Position numbers and translations under genes: made by a program. Positions 56,632-64,000 of a stretch of DNA of 64,000 bases are shown here, piece after piece. The stretch's first letter is position 1, and each line of letters starts with the position of its first letter. The notes under the pieces were generated by a model. The model ran no database searches. It was not told the DNA's origin and saw only the letters and a list, made by a program, of their open reading frames with translations. This DNA is from an uncultured virus (IMG/VR IMGVR_UViG_3300032167_006623) (Duplodnaviria; Heunggongvirae; Uroviricota; Caudoviricetes). The stretch is taken from IMG/VR virus record IMGVR_UViG_3300032167_006623; one strand, given 5' to 3'.

Positions 56632-59133
56632 TTAATCACCATAATCATCCTCATTGTATTGTTCCAAATCCTGCACTGTAATTGATGTCACAGGTTTATC
56701 AAATCTATTCATATCAATAGCTGATGACTCTGTTTGTGCATCAGATTTTACAACATCAGTGCTTGCAACTTCGATAGACTCACCTTTGTTATCGCTTACA
56801 TTAAGCTGAGAGTTCGTTTCTTTTTCATCAACTGTCGCTTCGACTTCATCATTTGCTTCTGAAATAGGCTTTTCTGTTACATCTTCGACATTACTAACCT
56901 TTTCTTCTTCCGCAATAGGTTTTTCAATAGACGCTACTATCTGCTCAACACGTTCATCAGATGTATTGACTATTGTAGGAGCTATGTCCTTATGTAATCC
57001 ATCCATTAAGGCTTTCATATTTGTAGCCTTTGATGTTGGTAAAGCCTTTTGCTCAGGTTTTTTATCTTCCAAGACAGGCTGAGGTTCAACATCTATGACT
57101 TCAGATTGCTTACTTTTTTCGATAACAGTCGCTTCTGCTTCAATGATTTCCGATTTTTGATTTTTAACAAAAACATCCTTAAATTTATCACACAGCTCTT
57201 TAGCCATCATCGCATTGTTTGCAATCTGTATCAAACCCTCTTGAAAATTAGCCAAAAAAGGCTTTTCATTTTTATCCGATTCCTTAATTTCCGTCTCATA
57301 AACAGCTGTTTCCTTGGTTTCTTCCTTGGTTTCTTCCTTGGTTTCTTCCTTGGTTTCTTCAGTAGATACTGTATTTTCAGAAACATTTTGTTTAATCTGA
57401 ACATCTTTACTATCAAGAACCTGCTGACCTGCATCTGTGATAACATAATCATTATCACACTTTGCTTTTTCAACATATTCACTTAATAAAGACTTCGCTT
57501 TATCAACCGTTATTTCATAATAACCGCTATCGCAATTATAACCATCAGACCAATTATAAAAATAACGGTCTTCAAGCTGATAAATTCTTGATGAATCAGA
57601 CCAACACTGGTCGCTATCATCGTGTTCATAATCATATTTGGCTAATAATGTACCCTTATTGAACAAATCAAGAGCCTTGTATTCCTCAAAAGTCATCTCG
57701 CGTTTATCTTGAACTGTTTGCTCATTTTCAGCTTCATTTTCAGCTTCATTTTCAGCTTCATTTTCAGCTTCATTTTCAGCTTCATTTTCAGCTTCATTTT
57801 CAGCTTCATTTTCAGCTTCATTTTCTGAAAGATTTTTTCCCTTAATTATGGCTGTCAATTCTTCAATTTTAGCCTCAAGCTCTCTGATACGACTATCTGT
57901 ATTCGCATCGCTGATTTGCTGCATGACATCATCATCAAAAGAATACCCATCCGTACCGTCTTCTTTCATCATTCGACTCCAAGTTTCAGGTATTTCCATA
58001 TTAACGAGCTTGCTTGCAGGACAATTTTGTTCAGCCCAGAATTTACAACCCATACGATTGGCTCTTTCGAATTCATAATCGAATTTGTCCATTTCATCAG
58101 GACAATCGGCTTCAGCTAATCTCCTTGTCGAATTCATAAGATACTGAAAACTATTGCTGTCAACAACCTTTTTCAAATCGGACTCTGATTTGCAAACAGA
58201 CATATATGCCCATTCTTTTTTAGCAAAATTTGAAAGAATATCTTCAACGCTTTCAACTTCACGAACCTGAAAATCCCAAGAATCAAGATTGTGACATTTA
58301 CCCTCTTTATCAGGGGACGAAACAAAATCATAAGATGTTCTGTACAAAGGCTTACCATGTACTCGAACCTCTTTGCCACCGGTTGTCATTACAGGCTCTC
58401 TTTTAGCAGATAGTCTTATATCACCTGTTGCCATACCCTGATATACGTCAGTGAGTGTTTCGTCATACATTATCTGCTCTTTCAGTTTTTTACTGAATGC
58501 TTTTGATAATGCCTGTTTATTTACACCATCAATCTCAGCCATATTGGTGAGATTAGCAACAGCTTTTTCATGCTCTTCTGTCAGACTTACAATATCTGCG
58601 CCGGGACGACGGCAATCGTTATAAAACTTTTTATCGTATGCGATACGCATCATTGCCGCTGATTCAGCAGTTAACGGCATACGACCCTCATTTGCTGTTT
58701 TAGTGATTTTATCAGATAAAACCTTAAGTTTCGGATGTTTTTCAGCCTGAGCCTCAAAAAATGGCTGAAATTTGCTTGCAATTTTTGCACTGAAACTCGG
58801 TCTGAGTTTGGCAGCAGATTTGTTACCTGCAATGGCTGTCATTTCATCACCCATGATTTCAGCCATATCACCCTCAGGTACATAATCTATGTACTTATCA
58901 ATTATACCGAGTTTCTTCCTGATATATTTATCATTTACTGCATAAGCTGATTCAGCATTAATGTCAAGACTTGCATATTGTGCAAAAGTCTTTTCATATT
59001 TCTTAAGCTCTTTTTCAAAAGCCTTAGCATTTTTATTCATCGTATCAACAGCTTTTCCACTGTAGTACGCACTTTCTAAACGCCCTTCTGTGTTATACAG
59101 CATCGGTATTATGCGTTCTCTTTTTTTAGCCAT
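56632..59133 (-). CDS. Large hypothetical protein with tandem repeats and RF tail
   Basis: About 830 aa; ENEA and EETK repeats; no signal peptide. Confidence 0.8.
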   Translation of the reverse strand: MAKKRERIIPMLYNTEGRLESAYYSGKAVDTMNKNAKAFEKELKKYEKTFAQYASLDINAESAYAVNDKYIRKKLGIIDKYIDYVPEGDMAEIMGDEMTAIAGNKSAAKLRPSFSAKIASKFQPFFEAQAEKHPKLKVLSDKITKTANEGRMPLTAESAAMMRIAYDKKFYNDCRRPGADIVSLTEEHEKAVANLTNMAEIDGVNKQALSKAFSKKLKEQIMYDETLTDVYQGMATGDIRLSAKREPVMTTGGKEVRVHGKPLYRTSYDFVSSPDKEGKCHNLDSWDFQVREVESVEDILSNFAKKEWAYMSVCKSESDLKKVVDSNSFQYLMNSTRRLAEADCPDEMDKFDYEFERANRMGCKFWAEQNCPASKLVNMEIPETWSRMMKEDGTDGYSFDDDVMQQISDANTDSRIRELEAKIEELTAIIKGKNLSENEAENEAENEAENEAENEAENEAENEAENEAENEQTVQDKREMTFEEYKALDLFNKGTLLAKYDYEHDDSDQCWSDSSRIYQLEDRYFYNWSDGYNCDSGYYEITVDKAKSLLSEYVEKAKCDNDYVITDAGQQVLDSKDVQIKQNVSENTVSTEETKEETKEETKEETKETAVYETEIKESDKNEKPFLANFQEGLIQIANNAMMAKELCDKFKDVFVKNQKSEIIEAEATVIEKSKQSEVIDVEPQPVLEDKKPEQKALPTSKATNMKALMDGLHKDIAPTIVNTSDERVEQIVASIEKPIAEEEKVSNVEDVTEKPISEANDEVEATVDEKETNSQLNVSDNKGESIEVASTDVVKSDAQTESSAIDMNRFDKPVTSITVQDLEQYNEDDYGD
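57308..57360 (-). repeat. 12-bp tandem repeat encoding EETK
   Basis: About 4 copies of GAAGAAACCAAG (minus strand). Confidence 0.9.
57722..57825 (-). repeat. Perfect 12-bp tandem repeat encoding ENEA
   Basis: 8 full copies of TCATTTTCAGCT plus a partial copy. Confidence 0.95.
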
Positions 59134-59156
59134 GATGACCACCCTCTCTTTGAATA

Positions 59157-59603
59157 TTACATATCAGGAATATCACTGTCACCTGTATATTCCTGTCCTT
59201 TGACATCCAAAATATTTGAACCGAGAGTTTTCAAGAAGTTCGCTTCTTGTCCATTACGCTCGCATTTATTGACATAGTCAATTGTCCCCGTGACGTCTTC
59301 AGCTATACCATTGACAAATTTAGGAGTAATCCATGCACCTGCTATTGCACCGCCGATTTTACCGATTGCACCGAATCTTTCACCAAGTTTGGCACCAAGC
59401 ACTGCTCCCCCGATACCTGTACCAACTGTGACAAGTAATTTCTTATCATCATAATTATCCGATGCTTCTGTGTTCATTTTATCTTCTTTGATATCATCAT
59501 CAATAGCTGCTGCGAGACCGTAATCTTGCCAATCGTTGATGAACTCTTTACCTTTACCAACAATATCGTCCCAACCGCCTTTTATTGCACCAAGTATACC
59601 CAT
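59157..59603 (-). CDS. Glycine-zipper membrane protein
   Basis: GTGIGGAVLGAKLG...GKIGGAIAG. Confidence 0.75.
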   Translation of the reverse strand: MGILGAIKGGWDDIVGKGKEFINDWQDYGLAAAIDDDIKEDKMNTEASDNYDDKKLLVTVGTGIGGAVLGAKLGERFGAIGKIGGAIAGAWITPKFVNGIAEDVTGTIDYVNKCERNGQEANFLKTLGSNILDVKGQEYTGDSDIPDM

Positions 59604-59622
59604 CTGTAATCATCCTTTCTTA

Positions 59623-60042
59623 TTAAGTGATATCGGGGTCAGGGTCAGCTGTTTCAACAGCTTGATACGACTGCCCGTCTTTTGTTGCAAAATTTCCGAC
59701 TATTCTTGAGAAACGTTCTTTGAGATTAAAGCCCTTTTCAAGCTTACCGTCCTCAACATCCTGATTGACGGATTTCATAGCATCTCCGATATCATCGAAC
59801 AGCTCCGGACCGCATTTGTACATAGCAACTGTGCCTATCGCAGCGCCAAGAAACTTTGCAAATGGTTGGTCGTGACCTATGAACTTACCTGCAAACCAAC
59901 CTGAAACACCACCGATAGCAGCCGCACCTGCATAATGAGATATTCGTCCTGCCGCTCCGCCGTCTTCCTTGAGCCAGTCTGAAAAATCAAACTCTTTTTG
60001 CATCTCCGTAGTCGGACCCATTACAGCTGTATTCTCTACCAT
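59623..60042 (-). CDS. Glycine-zipper membrane protein (paralog)
   Basis: AGAAAIGGVSGWFAG...FLGAAIG. Confidence 0.75.
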   Translation of the reverse strand: MVENTAVMGPTTEMQKEFDFSDWLKEDGGAAGRISHYAGAAAIGGVSGWFAGKFIGHDQPFAKFLGAAIGTVAMYKCGPELFDDIGDAMKSVNQDVEDGKLEKGFNLKERFSRIVGNFATKDGQSYQAVETADPDPDIT

Positions 60043-60110
60043 ATTACCATATCCTTTCATGTTTTATTATCATCCATACACAGCCTACGGCTGTGTATGG
60101 ATTCTGTTTG

Positions 60111-62408
60111 TTAGTCATCCGTAACATCAAGACCATTATCAGGACCCTGAGTTTCACTACCCTGATAAATATTCGCAGCCTCATTGAACCTATTTAACAA
60201 ATTCTTTTTGTTATTATTGATAGCCATGGCATCTTTGATATCTTTACCTGTGATATCATCACCGGCCTGATAGTCACCAACATCAATCTGAAGATTGTTT
60301 GCCTCTGTAGGTTCAACATATCCCATTGCGTCTTTCATAGTCTTGCTCTGTGGAATATTCACATAGGGGTCAAACGTAGGCATATTCACATAAGGGTCGA
60401 AAGTATTTTCTACCGTCATATCCATACCCGTAGCAGAAATCATATTCGGCTTTTCCTTTTCAGGAGTTTTTTCAGGCTTTGGCTCTTCGACAGGTTTACG
60501 CTCAAGATTATTATCCTCAGTATTTTCCTCAATCTGGTCATCGAGAGACTTACGCTCAGAGTTTCTGCCTGCAGCTTCAAAGCCCTCTTGACCTGCACTG
60601 AAGCTTTCCTGCGGACCGTCAGGCTCATGCAGCTTATCCCACTCTTCCTGAGTGTATTTCTGAGTAATCATTTCACCCTTTTCATTCTTCTCAGAAATAG
60701 TATACTGTCCGTCTTTGAACGTCTCCTCGCGATACATCTCACCCTTATAATACGCACGGTTATAGCTCTCCGAAACCTCAGCACCGTCGTAGCTTACGCC
60801 TCTTTCACGCATCTTGGTCTTACCATCATCTTCATACTCAATCCAACGGTCACTTGTGAGCTTCTTTGTTTCAGGGTCAAAAGTCTGAATATTCATATCA
60901 GCAAGCTTACCGTCTATGCCATATATCTGAGTCTTTCTGTAACCCTCTTTTTCAGTCATAAGGCATGTGAGATTGCCGTTTCTGTCGTAATTCTGAGTAC
61001 GGATGCTGCCGTCGCCCATATCATAGACTTTTTCTCCTTCAGCTTCTTTAATCAGCTTTGGATACTCAGGCTTATCCTCAGTTTTGCCGCTTGCAAGCTG
61101 TTCCTTTGTTTTCAATGCCTCAGCAGCCTGCTTCTCTGCATTGATTTTAGCCATGTCAGTATTTACAACAGCCTGTACGGCAGCTGCGTCATAGCCTGCT
61201 TCTTTCAAAGCATTGGCTCTCTCAATGCCATTGCCGTAATCACCTCTGATAACGGACTGAGCAGCCTCTTTATTAACCTGTGCGTTCCACTCTTCCTGAG
61301 TGCCTTTGAAATCAGCGGACATTTTATACGGGTCGGGCTTAGCGTTTTCATCAACAATGCCTAAGTCAGATTTATACTGAGCATAATTGCTCATACGCTC
61401 CTGAGCTCTCTTAGCGTCATCCGCACTGTTTACTCTTAAATTACCGCCGCCCTCTTCCAAAAGCTTTTCGGTTTCTTCAATATAAGCCTTTTTCTCAGCT
61501 TCGGTCATTTCCTTGACCTCACCTGTTTCCTCAGGCTCAGGCTTAGCGTTATATTCCTTGGTTTCAACGGTCTTGGTCTCTGTTACCGTTTCTTTAGCTT
61601 CGGGCTCGGTTTTCGCAGGCTCAGTCTTTTCGGGAGCTGCCGTTTCAGCTTCTGCAGGCTTATCTCCTCTCAGGCTGTTGATAAAATCATTCTTTTCCTG
61701 AAACTTACGACCATCCTCTGCGTTCTGAATATTATTGGCTTCCTTGGCTTCATATTTATCAAAATATGCAACCTGCTTTTCAGCCCAAGCCTCAGCCTGT
61801 TTGTTTATTACATCCTCAGAAGAACCGATAGCCATTGAGTAAGCAAGCTCTTTTTCGGCTATCATCACATCAAGCTGTGCTGACATCTGTTCGTATTCAG
61901 CGCCAAGCTTTGCAGCACTTGCTTCCTTCATATTTTTCAAAGCTTCGATTTCATCTCTCTGAGTTTCAAGAGCCGTTCTTGCTTCAACAGAAGCCTCATC
62001 ATTGCCTGTTATTGCAGCAATCTGCTCATTAAAACCGATACGCTTTTCATTGGCTCTCGTATGGTCAGTATATGTATTCAAAGCCGTAGAGCCGTCAAGA
62101 CCGTATTTCTCAAGGTCCTTGTCATCTCCGCCGAACTCAAGGGCATGAGCATAACCCTTGTCATACTCAGCGGCGTCATACGTTTCATATGACGCAGTTT
62201 CAAGTGCGTCCGCCTGCTCAGCCAAAGTAGCTCCCGCATCACTGAACGCATTGTATTTGATTCTCTCAAGCTTTTGTGTCGGGTCAATATTGCCATTGCT
62301 GTCAGTACAAGCAGCTTCGATTTCAGCAAGCTCCTCAGGAGTCATCTTGCTGTTATACTCATTCATTATCTTGTCCTGATAAGCCTGTGCCATAGGATTA
62401 AGTGCCAT
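60111..62408 (-). CDS. Large acidic protein with a Cpl-7 (CW_7)-like cell-wall-binding repeat and RF tail
   Basis: AAQSVIRGDYGNGIERANALKEAGYDAAAVQAVVN matches the CW_7 pattern; YDRNG/YGIDG/YEDDG beta repeats; no signal peptide. Confidence 0.8.
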   Translation of the reverse strand: MALNPMAQAYQDKIMNEYNSKMTPEELAEIEAACTDSNGNIDPTQKLERIKYNAFSDAGATLAEQADALETASYETYDAAEYDKGYAHALEFGGDDKDLEKYGLDGSTALNTYTDHTRANEKRIGFNEQIAAITGNDEASVEARTALETQRDEIEALKNMKEASAAKLGAEYEQMSAQLDVMIAEKELAYSMAIGSSEDVINKQAEAWAEKQVAYFDKYEAKEANNIQNAEDGRKFQEKNDFINSLRGDKPAEAETAAPEKTEPAKTEPEAKETVTETKTVETKEYNAKPEPEETGEVKEMTEAEKKAYIEETEKLLEEGGGNLRVNSADDAKRAQERMSNYAQYKSDLGIVDENAKPDPYKMSADFKGTQEEWNAQVNKEAAQSVIRGDYGNGIERANALKEAGYDAAAVQAVVNTDMAKINAEKQAAEALKTKEQLASGKTEDKPEYPKLIKEAEGEKVYDMGDGSIRTQNYDRNGNLTCLMTEKEGYRKTQIYGIDGKLADMNIQTFDPETKKLTSDRWIEYEDDGKTKMRERGVSYDGAEVSESYNRAYYKGEMYREETFKDGQYTISEKNEKGEMITQKYTQEEWDKLHEPDGPQESFSAGQEGFEAAGRNSERKSLDDQIEENTEDNNLERKPVEEPKPEKTPEKEKPNMISATGMDMTVENTFDPYVNMPTFDPYVNIPQSKTMKDAMGYVEPTEANNLQIDVGDYQAGDDITGKDIKDAMAINNNKKNLLNRFNEAANIYQGSETQGPDNGLDVTDD

Positions 62409-62425
62409 TTTACATCATTCCTTTC

Positions 62426-62704
62426 TTATTTTTCAAATGATTTATCGTTATCTTTTTCGGGTTTGATATCATCAGCCAAACCCTGAGCCGAAAGAAATCT
62501 ATTTGAGTTTATTTTTGTATGAGCATTGCTTTCGATTCTTTCGATTTCAGCTTTCATCTCGTAGTCTTCAGGTCTCATGAGCTTCGGCTTCGGATTATTA
62601 GCTTCATTCATCATCTCGTAGTCTTCGGGTCGCATAAATCTTGGCTTCGGATTATTGACCTCATTCATCATTTCATAATCCTCAGGTCTCATGAACTTCG
62701 GCAT
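62426..62704 (-). CDS. Small protein of 19-aa repeats with RF tail
   Basis: PKFMRPEDYEMMNEVNNPK about 2.5 times; RBS GAAAGGGG. Confidence 0.75.
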   Translation of the reverse strand: MPKFMRPEDYEMMNEVNNPKPRFMRPEDYEMMNEANNPKPKLMRPEDYEMKAEIERIESNAHTKINSNRFLSAQGLADDIKPEKDNDKSFEK

Positions 62705-62721
62705 GATTTATCGCCCCTTTC

Positions 62722-63126
62722 TCAGACTCCCATACGTCTTGCCATTTTGCGTGACATATATACATCGTCTTCAGCCTGAGCCTCAGGCTCTTTGATATTT
62801 GATGTCAGGTCGACATCATATCTTGAACGCTTGCCTGTAGCCGCTTCCTCAACATCTCCTGCAAGCTTGACTTCGACTTCAGTGACATCTCTGTCAACCT
62901 TTCCTGCAATCTCAGTAATATCTCTCTCAGTTGACTGAGCTTTCATAGCTGCCGCTTCCTCAATATCAGCTGCAAGCATACCTGTGGTCTGCTCTACGCT
63001 GTCTCCGAGAGTATGGATTTTCTCCTGAGAATCGAGAACATCCGCTTCTTCCTTTGCCATTTCCTCTTCAAGCTGTCGCTGACGCTCCCTGTCGCTTATT
63101 TGCTTGGTCATTTCCTGTTCAGTCAT
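62722..63126 (-). CDS. Hypothetical acidic protein with internal repeats
   Basis: LAADIEEAA/LAGDVEEAA and ERDITE/DRDVTE; RBS GAAAGG. Confidence 0.75.
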   Translation of the reverse strand: MTEQEMTKQISDRERQRQLEEEMAKEEADVLDSQEKIHTLGDSVEQTTGMLAADIEEAAAMKAQSTERDITEIAGKVDRDVTEVEVKLAGDVEEAATGKRSRYDVDLTSNIKEPEAQAEDDVYMSRKMARRMGV

Positions 63127-63228
63127 GATTAATTACCTGCCTTTCATATATTTTTAACGTGACAAGATGCATATCTTGTCTGAGTTTATCATCACGAGCA
63201 ATGCGCTCGGATTATTTATTTTACGTAC

Positions 63229-63852
63229 TTATGTCAGGAAATCAAAAACATCGTCTACCGTTGTTCCTGAATAATCATCTTCACCTGCTACAATGTCTTT
63301 AAAGCGTTCAACAAGATTTGGTTTCTCATCTTTCTCTGCCTTTTCAGCAGCTATTCTCTGAGCTTCATAATTGTCCTCAAGAGCTTGTTTTGATATCGCA
63401 AGACGAGCTTCCGAGTTTTCAAGAGACTGCTCGCGCTTACGAGCTGTTTCATAGCTTTGCGTCATTGCCGCTTTTTCCTGTTCTTTGTGCTTATCATAAT
63501 TTTTATAATATTCTACTATTTGAGCATCGCTGCCGAGAGCATCTATCTTCAGATTACTCAATCCCTGATTAACACTTTGAGCTATTGGCAGTGGTACGCC
63601 GGCATTATATGCAATACTTCCCGCAACCTCATCAGCACTTGCTGTGCCTAAGACAGTTCGTTCCATAAGCTCGCGTTCTAAATCCGTGTGCTCTTTTTTC
63701 GACTGTGCATAAGACATTTTTTCTCTTTCAAGAACCAAATGAGTATCCTTACCGCTTTCTACTGCTCTTTCTTTAATTTTTTCATCAGGATATTCGTGTT
63801 TATCCAGCCAAGCTTTTGCTTTTTTATCGTATCTCCTGTCTAAAATTCCCAT
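63229..63852 (-). CDS. Hypothetical protein with RF tail
   Basis: RBS GAAAGGA; first gene of the minus-strand train. Confidence 0.75.
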   Translation of the reverse strand: MGILDRRYDKKAKAWLDKHEYPDEKIKERAVESGKDTHLVLEREKMSYAQSKKEHTDLERELMERTVLGTASADEVAGSIAYNAGVPLPIAQSVNQGLSNLKIDALGSDAQIVEYYKNYDKHKEQEKAAMTQSYETARKREQSLENSEARLAISKQALEDNYEAQRIAAEKAEKDEKPNLVERFKDIVAGEDDYSGTTVDDVFDFLT

Positions 63853-63910
63853 ATAGTATCATTCCTTTCCTAATCTATTATAGTTTTTGCATATATTGTG
63901 GTATTTTTAC

Positions 63911-63940
63911 TTGACAAACGGTGACATAGTGTGTTATAAT
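63911..63940 (+). promoter_or_regulatory. Sigma-A promoter reading out of the window
   Basis: TTGACA, 18 bp, TATAAT with extended TG. Confidence 0.7.
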
Positions 63941-64000
63941 CTTTTAAATTATAGTTTATTGTTTCCAGCGAGTTCCTCGCTGTGTATGTTGTGGACAACA

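Noticed and set aside
57722..57825. Possible CRISPR array
   Set aside because: Contiguous 12-bp units with no spacers, in frame within a CDS; no cas genes.
63921..63926. GTGACA box in the last promoter (and TGTCATGACA near 34155) as origin-type binding sites
   Set aside because: Single short matches are expected by chance.
1..64000. tRNA/rRNA genes, integrase, transposase, capsid/terminase, reverse transcriptase, T4SS genes, alternative genetic code
   Set aside because: None recognised. ORFs tile densely under the standard code with all three stop codons in use.

Overview
AT-rich, gene-dense 64 kb segment of a large mobile replicon (megaplasmid, giant conjugative element or phage-plasmid). 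The host is probably a Firmicute (Clostridia-like), judged from GAAAGGA/AGGAG ribosome-binding sites and sigma-A TTGACA/TATAAT promoters. I recognise no rRNA, tRNA, CRISPR, integrase, virion or secretion-system gene here. Left: a candidate origin made of TGTCACAC repeats, then a replication module (D5/SF3 helicase, family-B DNA polymerase, VRR-NUC, SNF2 helicase, separate AEP primase, putative SSB) with a candidate antisense sRNA, plus HU and FtsH. Middle: a long + strand gene train with MoxR AAA, vWA, Clp ATPase, UvrD, a lipoprotein DNase, MazF, two ToxN/AbiQ-like genes, a single-chain SbcD-SbcC fusion, many small hypothetical and Zn-ribbon genes, and two sensory [FeFe]-hydrogenase-like proteins. 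Right (53-64 kb): mostly unrelated, acidic, signal-peptide-less proteins, most ending in an 'RF + 19-28 polar/acidic residues' tail that also occurs on one ToxN-like protein. I interpret this tail as a candidate C-terminal translocation signal marking a secreted or co-transferred protein repertoire. It is the most novel-looking signal in the window. All calls come from motif recognition by eye; no database search was run.
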